Both the position numbers and the translations under genes were made by a program. Shown piece after piece: positions 23,002 to 31,408 of a stretch of DNA of 32,784 bases; position 1 is the stretch's first letter, and each line of letters begins with the position of its first letter. The notes beneath the pieces are model-generated. The model saw only the letters and a list, made by a program, of their open reading frames with translations, had not been told where the DNA came from and did not search any database. Source of the DNA: Candidatus Saccharimonadota bacterium (GTDB taxonomy: Bacteria > Patescibacteriota > Saccharimonadia > Saccharimonadales > JAGQMS01); NCBI GenBank assembly GCA_043719125.1, contig JAYSUL010000037.1:1-32784 (forward strand), in the 5' to 3' direction.

Positions 23002-25665
23002 ATGAAAAAGTTTGCCAGCAAAAAGACACAAAAAGCCGATCATAAGGACTTTGAACTTAAAGCGTCTAACCGTTCTGTTTCAAAGTTTTTTAAAGTCATA
23101 CTAGGCGATAATCAAAAAGCCAACTTGAGACGCTACTACAAAAAAGTAGCTGAAATTAATAAACTCGAAGATGATTATAAAGAGAAGTCCGATGCTGAGC
23201 TTCGTGCTATGACTGACGATTTTAGAAAGCAACTTGAGACAAAGTCTACGGATACAATCTTGCCACACGCATTTGCAGTGGTGCGCGAAGCAGCAAGGCG
23301 AGTGCTAGGCCAGCGACATTTTGATGTGCAGCTTATTGGCGGCATGGTGCTCCACGAAGGTAAGGTCGCTGAAATGAAAACCGGTGAAGGTAAAACAATT
23401 GTTGCGACGCTACCTCTTTATCTCAACGCACTAACTGGTAAGGGTGCGCACCTTGTAACTGTCAATGATTATCTCGTCCGAATTGGAGCTGGCTGGATGG
23501 GTCAGATATATGACTTCTTGGGTCTATCGGTTGGTGTTATCATGCCAGACGCATCATATATCTACGATAAAAATCATAACGATGAATCACACGATGATGA
23601 GCGACTTAGCCATCTGCGCCCATGCAGTCGGCAAGAGGCGTACCGTGCAGATATCACCTATGGTACTAACAACGAGTTTGGTTTTGACTACCTGCGTGAC
23701 AATATGGTTAGAGAAGACGCTCAGCTACGTCAGCGTGACCTACACTTTGCTATTGTCGATGAGGTGGACTCGATCTTGATTGACGAGGCCAGGACGCCGC
23801 TTATTATTTCCGCACCATCTGTAGCAAGCGCCGCATCATATCAGCAGTTCTCGAGAATTGCGATGCAGCTAAAACCCGAACACTACGAAAAAGACGAAAA
23901 GCGGCGTGCAGTGCACCTCACCGAAATAGGTGTAGAAAAGGTTGAGAAGCTCCTCGGTATCGATAATCTGTATGGTCCAGATAATATCAGGATGATTTAT
24001 CACCTCGATCAGGCACTTAGGGCTCAGACACTGTTTACGCGTGATAAAGACTACGTTGTTGCGAATGATGGCGAGGTTATCATTGTTGACGAATTCACGG
24101 GGCGTCTCCTAAAGGGCAGGCGATATAACGAAGGGCTACACCAGGCCATTGAAGCCAAAGAAGGCGTAGAAGTCCAAGAAGAGTCGATGACACTGGCAAC
24201 TATATCGTTTCAGAATCTTTTCCGTTTGTATGAAAAACTGTCAGGTATGACTGGAACTGCTACCACAGAGGCCGAAGAGTTTCACCAGATCTATAAACTG
24301 GATGTAGTCGAGATCCCGACTAATCAAAAAATGATCAGGAAAGATCTAGCAGACCGTATATATAAAACTGAAGCAGCAAAATTTAAAGCAGTTACTGCAC
24401 TCGTCAAAGAGCTGCACAGTAAGGGTCAGCCAGTCCTAATTGGTACATCCAGTATCGAACGAAACGAAGTGCTCGGTGCCATGTTTAAGAAGTCGGGCAT
24501 CCCACACCAGATGCTTAACGCCAAAAATAACGAACGTGAAGCAAAGATCGTTATGGAAGCTGGGCAAAAAGGTGCCGTTACTATCGCTACCAACATTGCC
24601 GGACGTGGTACGGACATTATGCTGTCCGACGAGACCAGGAAGCTGGGTGGTCTGTATGTAATTGGTAGTGAGCGGAATGAGTCGCGCCGTGTTGACAACC
24701 AATTCCGTGGCCGTTCAGGTCGTCAGGGCGATCCAGGAACAACTCAGTTTTACGTATCGTGCGAAGATAGTTTGATGAGGATTTTTGCTGGTGACCGCAT
24801 CGCAAAAGTTATGGACAGGCTCAAAGTTGACGAAGACACGCCACTTGAAAATCGTTTTGTTAGTAAGAGCTTAGAGGGAGCCCAAAAGAAAGTTGAGGGG
24901 TTCAACTACGACTCACGTAAGAATGTCGTGCAGTACGACGACGTTATGAACCGCCATCGTCGCGCTGTCTATGCAATGCGCAAAAAGCTACTTAACGATA
25001 CTGATGTATCAGGTAAGATCAAAGAGTTCATCGACGAAGAGACCAAACTGCTTGCCTCACTTCCCGGTATAGACGCCGAGTATGAGAAAACTATTACTGA
25101 AGTATTCCCATTTGATGATGCAACATTAGATCGGCTATTTGATGCGGAGGCAGATCGATTTGAGCAGGTTCTTAAGCAAGAATCGATGGAGCTATATGAA
25201 AGCAAGGAGATAGTCTTCACCAATAATGTTATCCGTGAAGTTGAGCGCGATATATATTTCCAGGTCCTCGACGATTTATGGATGAGACATCTTGAAAATA
25301 TGGATCATTTACGCGAGGGAATTCACTGGTACAGTGTAGGGCAACGTGATCCGCTTGTAGAGTATCGCCGTCAAGCACAGTTACTATTCGAATCAATGCA
25401 GCACAATCTTCGTCATGATACGCTGAGGGCTCTGTTTCACGCGACACCTATCGATCCAGATGACTTATTAGCGCCAACAGAGACAGAGCTTACCCGTGCC
25501 GCAAGAAGCTCAGTTGATAACGCCAGCAAGATTATCGAAGGAGAGATTGTACACGAAGAAGACTTCGCCAAGAAGAAGCCAGCACAAAAGGTTAAAGCTA
25601 AGACAACAATTAAAAAAGCCCGTAAACAAGAGCGCAAGCGTCGAGCAAAAGGCAAAAAGCGGTAG
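23002..25665 (+). CDS. secA: Preprotein translocase ATPase SecA
   Basis: Motifs are MKTGEGKT, VTVNDYL, DEVDSILIDEARTPLIIS and TNIAGRGTDI. I chose the ATG at 23002, which has a GAGGGG Shine-Dalgarno 11 nt upstream, over the GTG at 22960. Confidence 0.95.
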   Translation: MKKFASKKTQKADHKDFELKASNRSVSKFFKVILGDNQKANLRRYYKKVAEINKLEDDYKEKSDAELRAMTDDFRKQLETKSTDTILPHAFAVVREAARRVLGQRHFDVQLIGGMVLHEGKVAEMKTGEGKTIVATLPLYLNALTGKGAHLVTVNDYLVRIGAGWMGQIYDFLGLSVGVIMPDASYIYDKNHNDESHDDERLSHLRPCSRQEAYRADITYGTNNEFGFDYLRDNMVREDAQLRQRDLHFAIVDEVDSILIDEARTPLIISAPSVASAASYQQFSRIAMQLKPEHYEKDEKRRAVHLTEIGVEKVEKLLGIDNLYGPDNIRMIYHLDQALRAQTLFTRDKDYVVANDGEVIIVDEFTGRLLKGRRYNEGLHQAIEAKEGVEVQEESMTLATISFQNLFRLYEKLSGMTGTATTEAEEFHQIYKLDVVEIPTNQKMIRKDLADRIYKTEAAKFKAVTALVKELHSKGQPVLIGTSSIERNEVLGAMFKKSGIPHQMLNAKNNEREAKIVMEAGQKGAVTIATNIAGRGTDIMLSDETRKLGGLYVIGSERNESRRVDNQFRGRSGRQGDPGTTQFYVSCEDSLMRIFAGDRIAKVMDRLKVDEDTPLENRFVSKSLEGAQKKVEGFNYDSRKNVVQYDDVMNRHRRAVYAMRKKLLNDTDVSGKIKEFIDEETKLLASLPGIDAEYEKTITEVFPFDDATLDRLFDAEADRFEQVLKQESMELYESKEIVFTNNVIREVERDIYFQVLDDLWMRHLENMDHLREGIHWYSVGQRDPLVEYRRQAQLLFESMQHNLRHDTLRALFHATPIDPDDLLAPTETELTRAARSSVDNASKIIEGEIVHEEDFAKKKPAQKVKAKTTIKKARKQERKRRAKGKKR

Positions 25666-25666
25666 T

Positions 25667-26968
25667 ATGCTGAAGCATACTGTATCTGAAGTCACACTAT
25701 GTAGTGGCGCAAAAGGCTTGTTCATCGATATACCCGACGCTTCTGTGATGAGCTATCGGATCAATTTCAGGGCAGGAGATGTCTACGTTGAGGCGGATGA
25801 AAAATGGGAAACAGCTCATATCATGGAGCATCTTTCACTTGGCGCAAATAAAAAGTTCAAGTCAGCTCGGGAATACCAGGCTTTCCTCGAGAAAAATGGT
25901 GCCTATAGTAATGCAAGCACTGGCCAGACTGATATGATCTACGAAGCTGAGTGTGCTGACTTCGAGTGGGAGTCATTCACTGAACTTTTTACTTTGGGGA
26001 TTTCACAACCGCTATTTTTAGAGTCGGAATTTGAGGCAGAGTGTGGAAATGTACATGAAGAACTTATCGGTCGTGGTAATAACCATGCGGGTAGGCTAGG
26101 GCTCGAGATGGCAAAGAAATATGGTTTTAGGATGAAAACGTTTCAGGAACGTGTTGATTTGATGCAGAATGTCACGTTAGGTGACATAAAAAAACATTAC
26201 AAAAACACTCACTTTGCAGAAAACATGCGGTTTATTATTGCAGGAAAGCTAAAAGGACGACAGACAAAGCTAAAAAACATACTTGAGTCCATGACACTGC
26301 CCAAAAATGCCAAAGGTGTCAGATTTGAAATACCGAGTGAAACTCCAAATAATTTTGGAGAGCCTCTGTTTGTTGAAAATAACTCTGTTCCTAACGCGTA
26401 CTTTTACATTGATACATACTGTAACTATGAGCTACAGATGGAAGATCTGTATTCACTCGGTTTACTCGAGACAATCTTGACCGATACACTCTATTCTCGC
26501 ATTTTGGGTGAGGCAAGAGAGAAAGGGTTAATTTACTATTTGTCTAGTAATTATTATCGTAATATCGGGCATTCATCTTGGTGGTTTGGATCCCAGATTT
26601 CGGAAAAACAACTCGCACCTTTCCTCGACATCTTTGTTAGAGAGTTAGCAGATGCAAAAGCAGGAAAAATCACCGACAAAGATATCGATGCGGCAAAGAT
26701 GAATCAATTGGGCGGCTTTCAGCGTGATGCTCAGACAGTTAATTCTCTTGTCGGTGGTTACGGAAATATGTATTTCTATAATGGTGGAATCACAGATTAT
26801 TACACCAACTTCGAGGCAAAACTAAAAAAGATATCAAGAGAAAATATGACTGATGTAGCAAATAAAATGTTTGCGGATAATGTATGGGGTATAGGTTTTC
26901 TCGGGACAATCTCAGAAAAAGCACGCAGTTCGGCCCAAGCACAAATTTCTAGTCTTTGGGAAAAATAG
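25667..26968 (+). CDS. M16 (pitrilysin) family zinc peptidase
   Basis: The inverted zinc motif HIMEH (HxxEH) is present with downstream glutamates (EAECGNVHEE). I chose the ATG at 25667, directly after the secA stop, over the listed 25496 start that overlaps secA. Confidence 0.85.
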   Translation: MLKHTVSEVTLCSGAKGLFIDIPDASVMSYRINFRAGDVYVEADEKWETAHIMEHLSLGANKKFKSAREYQAFLEKNGAYSNASTGQTDMIYEAECADFEWESFTELFTLGISQPLFLESEFEAECGNVHEELIGRGNNHAGRLGLEMAKKYGFRMKTFQERVDLMQNVTLGDIKKHYKNTHFAENMRFIIAGKLKGRQTKLKNILESMTLPKNAKGVRFEIPSETPNNFGEPLFVENNSVPNAYFYIDTYCNYELQMEDLYSLGLLETILTDTLYSRILGEAREKGLIYYLSSNYYRNIGHSSWWFGSQISEKQLAPFLDIFVRELADAKAGKITDKDIDAAKMNQLGGFQRDAQTVNSLVGGYGNMYFYNGGITDYYTNFEAKLKKISRENMTDVANKMFADNVWGIGFLGTISEKARSSAQAQISSLWEK

Positions 26969-26982
26969 TCTAGACTATACTA

Positions 26983-28068
26983 ATGGACTCACTCACAAAA
27001 GATATCAACGAACTAGACGGTCAATTTTCTGATGCCTATAGATCAATAGGTGGGGCAACACTGGAGAGCGAACTCGCAGATCTAAAGTCTCAAACTGAGA
27101 GCCAAGATTTTTGGAATGACCCATCCTCTGCCCAGCTCATTAGCAAGAAGCTAGCCAAACTCGACTCACGTTTATCCCCGTGGCTTTCTATAAAGAACGG
27201 ACTTTCAGATCTAGTAGAGCTTGCAGAGTTGGGTGATGTGGCCATGCAAAATGAGCTTGTGCAAAGCTATTCCCAGATCAATGATAATTTTATGGAGCTC
27301 AAAGAAGAGTTGAAGTTTGCGGGACCCTATGATGATCACGACGCTATTGTGACTATTTCTGCTGGGGCAGGTGGTACTGACGCGCAGGATTGGGCAGAGA
27401 TGCTTGAGCGAATGTATTTGCGCTATGCAGAAAAAGACAAATTAAAAGTTGAAATACTTGATAGGTCACCAGGCGATGAAGCCGGAATAAAAAGCGTTTC
27501 GTTTGATGTATCTGGTAAGTTTGTGTACGCAAAGCTTAAAGGTGAGCACGGAGTCCATAGACTTGTCCGTCTTAGTCCCTTTAACGCCGATGCACTACGA
27601 CAGACTAGTTTTGCAAAAGTTGAGGTGGTACCCAAAATTGAGAATACGAGTGAAGTTGAGGTGGACGAAAAAGATCTGAAAGTCGATGTATATAGGAGCG
27701 GTGGTAAGGGCGGCCAGTCGGTAAATACAACCGATTCGGCGGTACGTATCACGCATATCCCAACTGGCATAGTTGTTGCAATTCAAAATGAGCGATCACA
27801 GCTACAGAACAGAGAAACAGCCATGACAATCCTAAGATCCAAGCTTGCACAATTACAGGAAGAACAACACAAAGAAAAAGTGAGTGAACTAAAAGGACCA
27901 AATGAACAAGCCGCATGGGGTAACCAGATTAGAAACTACGTCCTTCATCCATACAAAATGGTCAAAGATAGTAGGAGTGGGTATGAAACAACTGATGTCG
28001 ACGCAATACTCAGCGGAGAGTTAAACCAATTAATTAGTGCATATTTGGAGAAAATGATTAGTGCCTAG
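26983..28068 (+). CDS. prfB: Peptide chain release factor 2, encoded in one continuous frame
   Basis: The SPF tripeptide (RLSPFNA) and the GGQ motif (GGKGGQSVNTT) are present. There is no internal in-frame stop or frameshift site. Confidence 0.95.
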   Translation: MDSLTKDINELDGQFSDAYRSIGGATLESELADLKSQTESQDFWNDPSSAQLISKKLAKLDSRLSPWLSIKNGLSDLVELAELGDVAMQNELVQSYSQINDNFMELKEELKFAGPYDDHDAIVTISAGAGGTDAQDWAEMLERMYLRYAEKDKLKVEILDRSPGDEAGIKSVSFDVSGKFVYAKLKGEHGVHRLVRLSPFNADALRQTSFAKVEVVPKIENTSEVEVDEKDLKVDVYRSGGKGGQSVNTTDSAVRITHIPTGIVVAIQNERSQLQNRETAMTILRSKLAQLQEEQHKEKVSELKGPNEQAAWGNQIRNYVLHPYKMVKDSRSGYETTDVDAILSGELNQLISAYLEKMISA

Positions 28069-28110
28069 GCAACCCGCCAACTTATCCTATAGCTTAGTTA
28101 GACGCTAACT

Positions 28111-28119
28111 TGCTATAAT
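28111..28119 (+). promoter_or_regulatory. Extended -10 element (TGCTATAAT) 7 nt upstream of the ftsE ATG; putative leaderless promoter
   Basis: It is a perfect TGnTATAAT. No Shine-Dalgarno lies between it and the ATG at 28127. Confidence 0.4.
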
Positions 28120-28126
28120 AAGCGTA

Positions 28127-28810
28127 ATGATTTTACTCGATAGGGTTACAAAGAGTTATAAAAAACGTGGGGTAGCACTCCAGAATGTCTCTTTGCACGT
28201 TGAGCCAAAGGAATTTGTTATTATTGTAGGCCAGTCAGGTGCAGGCAAATCAACTCTATTGAAACTTTTGACCCGCGAAGAAAAGCCGGATAGTGGCAAA
28301 ATTATTGTTGGAGGCATCGATTATGAATCTCTACGTGACAAAGAAGTACCATATTTGCGCCGCAAGATAGGTGTTGTTTTCCAAGATTTTAAGCTTTTAT
28401 CAAACAAAAACGTATTCGAAAATGTAGCCTTTGCACTAGAGATAATCGGTCAGTCGAACAAAGAAATTAAGCACACCGTACCCAGAGTTCTAGAAATTGT
28501 AGGGCTTGAAGGCAAGGCAAATGCTATGCCGTGGGAGCTGTCTGGTGGAGAAAAGCAACGAGTAGCGATAGCTCGCGCCATCGTACGTCAGCCAAAGATA
28601 CTTATCGCTGATGAGCCAACTGGTAACCTTGATCCCAAACATGCCTGGGATGTTATTCGTGTACTGCAAAAGATCAATAAATACGGCACGACAGTACTAC
28701 TTACTACCCATAATCAGGAAATCGTAAACAAGCTTAAACGGCGAGTCGTTACCATCAAAGACGGCACGATTGTAAGTGATAAAGCCAATGCAGGATATAG
28801 GGAAATGTAG
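28127..28810 (+). CDS. ftsE: Cell division ABC ATPase FtsE
   Basis: Walker A is GQSGAGKST, the signature is LSGGEKQR, and Walker B is LIADEPTGNLD. It is followed directly by ftsX. Confidence 0.92.
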   Translation: MILLDRVTKSYKKRGVALQNVSLHVEPKEFVIIVGQSGAGKSTLLKLLTREEKPDSGKIIVGGIDYESLRDKEVPYLRRKIGVVFQDFKLLSNKNVFENVAFALEIIGQSNKEIKHTVPRVLEIVGLEGKANAMPWELSGGEKQRVAIARAIVRQPKILIADEPTGNLDPKHAWDVIRVLQKINKYGTTVLLTTHNQEIVNKLKRRVVTIKDGTIVSDKANAGYREM

Positions 28811-29749
28811 ATGTATAGAAAACTTATTACATTCAGAAGGTTATTCGGAGTCGGTTGCAAGAACTTTGTGCGTAATGCGTGGCTGAGTATTGCGGCAACA
28901 GCTGTGATGATAGTGACGATTGCGATAGTCTTAACTGCGATAGTACTAAACGTTACTGCCAGAAATGCCATTTCGGAGTTATCAAAAAATCTAAAGATTT
29001 CAGTTTACCTCAAAGACGATGCCTCTAGCGAAGATCAGCAAACCCTCAAAAACGCGCTTGTGAGTAACCAATATGTAAGTACAGTAGAGTTTGTTTCAAG
29101 AGAAAAGGCAAAGGCAAACTTTACCGATAGTTTCCAGAACGATCAAAAACTTCTCGAGGGCCTTGCGCTCGTCGGTGGAGAAAGCCTACCGGCATCATAT
29201 GAAATAAGCGTAAACGATATCGAGAAGATTTCTGAAGTAGGTGAAATAGCAAAAGAACAAAAGTATGCGGGTGTCGTGGAAGAGGTTTCTCTGGGTAAAA
29301 CAAATGTCAAAAGCACGATTGATAGGGCAGCTGCGGCTCAGAAATTTGTTATCAGGGCTAGTATAATTGCATCTGCGGTATTTGCTACGGTATCCATTTT
29401 GATCATATTCAACACTATACGGATGGCCATATTTACCAGGAGCGAAGAGATACGCACCATGAAACTCATTGGTGCGACTCCCAATTACATCAGGGGGCCA
29501 TTTATCATTGAGACTACTCTATACGGTGTGATAGCTGGACTAGCTGCCAATGCGGTCGTCTATGCCGGAATATTATCTTTCGGGAGTAAGCTGTCATCGC
29601 AAGCAGAGTTTGCTGAGACGTATGAGTACTTTACGTCGACGGGTACGATGTTTAGTATGCTTGCGGGCGGTATTTTCGCGGGAATACTCGTTGGCATGCT
29701 GTCGAGCATACTCGCAATGGAAAAATACCTCCGTCTTAAAAAGTGGTAA
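28811..29749 (+). CDS. ftsX: Cell division permease-like protein FtsX
   Basis: It has an N-terminal TM helix, an extracytoplasmic domain (KISVYLKDD...VSTVEFVSREKA) and three C-terminal TM helices with EEIRTMKLIGATPNYIRGPF. Confidence 0.88.
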   Translation: MYRKLITFRRLFGVGCKNFVRNAWLSIAATAVMIVTIAIVLTAIVLNVTARNAISELSKNLKISVYLKDDASSEDQQTLKNALVSNQYVSTVEFVSREKAKANFTDSFQNDQKLLEGLALVGGESLPASYEISVNDIEKISEVGEIAKEQKYAGVVEEVSLGKTNVKSTIDRAAAAQKFVIRASIIASAVFATVSILIIFNTIRMAIFTRSEEIRTMKLIGATPNYIRGPFIIETTLYGVIAGLAANAVVYAGILSFGSKLSSQAEFAETYEYFTSTGTMFSMLAGGIFAGILVGMLSSILAMEKYLRLKKW

Positions 29750-29811
29750 TTTCCGTAGCTTTAACCTGTTGAAACTATATAACTTTTGTACACTTTAAGC
29801 CGTAAGCACTA

Positions 29812-29817
29812 TATACT
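29812..29817 (+). promoter_or_regulatory. -10 element (TATACT) 6 nt upstream of the M23 gene ATG; putative leaderless promoter
   Basis: ACTATATACTATAAGCATG has no Shine-Dalgarno. It shares an 11-mer and the same geometry with the serS upstream region. Confidence 0.35.
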
Positions 29818-29823
29818 ATAAGC

Positions 29824-30963
29824 ATGTCTGTAAGGCGTCTTTTTACTGTTGCATCACTGCTTGTTTTGTTCATGGGCTTTAGTTTGTATCCAAATAGCGC
29901 CAGCAGAGGTGTCCGCGCAGAAGAAGACCCTACGAAAGCGCTTCAGGCCCTCGGTAACAAGACTACAGCTCTTCAGCAGGAAATAGACACCAATTATGAA
30001 AAGATTAAAGAGCTGGCCACGACTGAACGTGATCTAAAAGCAAAGCTTGAGCAGATCAACCTCGAAATAGTTCAGGCAAATAAAGAAATCGAGATAACAG
30101 GCCTCAAGATAGACGAGCTTGACGGTACGCTTACAAAAACACAGGAGGAGCTCAATAACCAAAAGGCGCTACTAAGGGCTAATATTAGGGCATTGTATAA
30201 ATCTGGAGGTGCATCTGACCTTGAGCTTTTAGTCTCGAGCGATAGCTTTTCTCAATACGTCAATGACCAGTCGTATCTCCAGACGGTAAAAGACGGCATA
30301 CAGGTTTCTGCGATAGCAGTTGTTAAAACTAAGCAGGATTTAGAGCTTCAAAGGTTCACGCAAAAGGCACTATATAAGCGTCAAGATGCGCAAAGAGTTA
30401 CGCTTGTAACGAGACAGGGTGATCTTAATAAACTACTTGCAGATACAAAAGGGGAGCAGTCAAAATATCTAGAGATTATGAAGTCACTTGATAAAGAGTA
30501 CGGTCAAGCTGACGCGCTGATGGAGGCATTTTTCAAAGATCAAAAATTCACATCGCTCGGCAAAGTAAAAGCTGGCGAGCAGATTGCATACGTTGGGTCT
30601 AGCGGCTTGTCTACGGGTCCTCATACACATTTCACGGTATTTATGAATGGTAAATGGACTAATCCTATAGAATCAGAAGGTAAGCTAGTCAACGGATTCC
30701 TGTGGCCTCTACCTAATAGTGTGTGGGCTGACATTACTCAGCCATTTGGATGTACAGATTTCGATCTAGAGCCCGTATCTGCCTCATGTCCGGGTGGGCA
30801 TTTTCATAATGGTCTTGATATCGCAGGCTGGTACGGTGATCCAGTTATCGCAGCGGCTGATGGAGACATTATATTCAGGGGTTTTAAGCCAAGCTGGGGA
30901 AATGTTGTGATCATTGACCATGGAAATGGTGTATTTACCCACTATCCCCACTTATTGAACTAA
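29824..30963 (+). CDS. EnvC/PcsB-like coiled-coil protein with an M23 (LytM) peptidase domain in apparently permuted order
   Basis: It has a signal or anchor sequence and a long coiled coil (RANIRALYKSGG...LELL). Next comes VKAGEQIAYVGSSGLSTGPHTHF (HxH at nt 30622-30630). After that come WPLP...ITQPFG...HNGLDIA (HxxxD at nt 30805-30819) and GNVVIIDHGNGVFTHYPHL, then the stop. Confidence 0.85.
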   Translation: MSVRRLFTVASLLVLFMGFSLYPNSASRGVRAEEDPTKALQALGNKTTALQQEIDTNYEKIKELATTERDLKAKLEQINLEIVQANKEIEITGLKIDELDGTLTKTQEELNNQKALLRANIRALYKSGGASDLELLVSSDSFSQYVNDQSYLQTVKDGIQVSAIAVVKTKQDLELQRFTQKALYKRQDAQRVTLVTRQGDLNKLLADTKGEQSKYLEIMKSLDKEYGQADALMEAFFKDQKFTSLGKVKAGEQIAYVGSSGLSTGPHTHFTVFMNGKWTNPIESEGKLVNGFLWPLPNSVWADITQPFGCTDFDLEPVSASCPGGHFHNGLDIAGWYGDPVIAAADGDIIFRGFKPSWGNVVIIDHGNGVFTHYPHLLN

Positions 30964-30978
30964 CGTTCAGTAAGTGTA

Positions 30979-31001
30979 AGCGTTTAACGAATAGCGTATA
31001 G
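30979..31001. repeat. Left arm of an imperfect inverted repeat flanking the four-helix-bundle gene
   Basis: AGCGTTTAACGAATAGCGTATAG matches the reverse complement of 31367-31389. About 20 positions match, with 2 single-nt indels and 2 mismatches. Confidence 0.8.
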
Positions 31002-31009
31002 TGATTAGC

Positions 31010-31363
31010 ATGAAAACCGCAAGCTTTAAGGATCTTATAGTCTGGCAAAAATCCAGGATGTTGGTGAAAATGGTTTATGGGGTATGCGCTACATTACCCA
31101 AGTCGGAAGAATATGGGATTTGTTCTCAGGCAAGAAGATCATCAGTAAGCATCCCATCTAATATTGCGGAGGGTTACCGGCGTAGAAACCTTAAAGAATA
31201 TTTACAGTTTCTTGGCATAGCCGCCGGATCGTCTGCTGAGCTTGAGACTCAGTTAATACTGATAGAGGATATATATAATGTTTCAACTAAAATAGAACTT
31301 GATCTACTAGATGAGGTTCAGAAGATGCTCATGTCGATGCAAATAAAAATGCGACAGGACTAA
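31010..31363 (+). CDS. Four-helix-bundle protein (23S rRNA intervening-sequence protein family, Avd-like)
   Basis: FKDLIVWQKS...LPKSEEYGICSQARRSSVSIPSNIAEGYRR...EYLQFLGIAAGSSAELETQL is characteristic of the family. I chose the ATG at 31010 over the GTG at 31001 by comparison with typical N-termini. Confidence 0.85.
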   Translation: MKTASFKDLIVWQKSRMLVKMVYGVCATLPKSEEYGICSQARRSSVSIPSNIAEGYRRRNLKEYLQFLGIAAGSSAELETQLILIEDIYNVSTKIELDLLDEVQKMLMSMQIKMRQD

Positions 31364-31366
31364 ACG

Positions 31367-31389
31367 CTATTTGCTATTCGCTTAACGCT
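31367..31389. repeat. Right arm of the imperfect inverted repeat flanking the four-helix-bundle gene
   Basis: CTATTTGCTATTCGCTTAACGCT starts 4 nt after the stop codon. It can pair with 30979-31001, enclosing the whole ORF. Confidence 0.8.
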
Positions 31390-31392
31390 ATC

Positions 31393-31401
31393 TGGTATAA
31401 T
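31393..31401 (+). promoter_or_regulatory. Extended -10 element (TGGTATAAT) 7 nt upstream of the ctpA ATG; putative leaderless promoter
   Basis: It is a perfect TGnTATAAT that starts 4 nt after the right inverted-repeat arm. Confidence 0.4.
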
Positions 31402-31408
31402 CAGGTAA

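Noticed and set aside
25496-25666. Listed 490-aa ORF start at 25496 for the M16 peptidase.
   Set aside because: That extension overlaps the last 170 nt of secA in another frame and encodes low-complexity basic sequence. The ATG at 25667, directly after the secA stop, gives a normal M16 N-terminus.
26983-27100. Programmed +1 frameshift site in prfB.
   Set aside because: The ORF is continuous from the ATG at 26983 to the stop at 28068. There is no in-frame TGA or CTTTGA-type shift site in the early codons.
29824-30963. M23 gene as a pseudogene truncated by insertion of the four-helix-bundle cassette.
   Set aside because: The sequence downstream of the cassette is the ctpA promoter and start, not the missing M23 segment. 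The missing VxxG...GxTGxSTGPHxHF segment is present intact and in frame earlier in the same ORF, which argues for permutation rather than truncation.
30979-31389. Diversity-generating retroelement, because the four-helix-bundle protein is Avd-like.
   Set aside because: There is no reverse transcriptase ORF anywhere in the window. I saw no template/variable repeat pair near the gene. Only about 45 nt separate its stop from ctpA.
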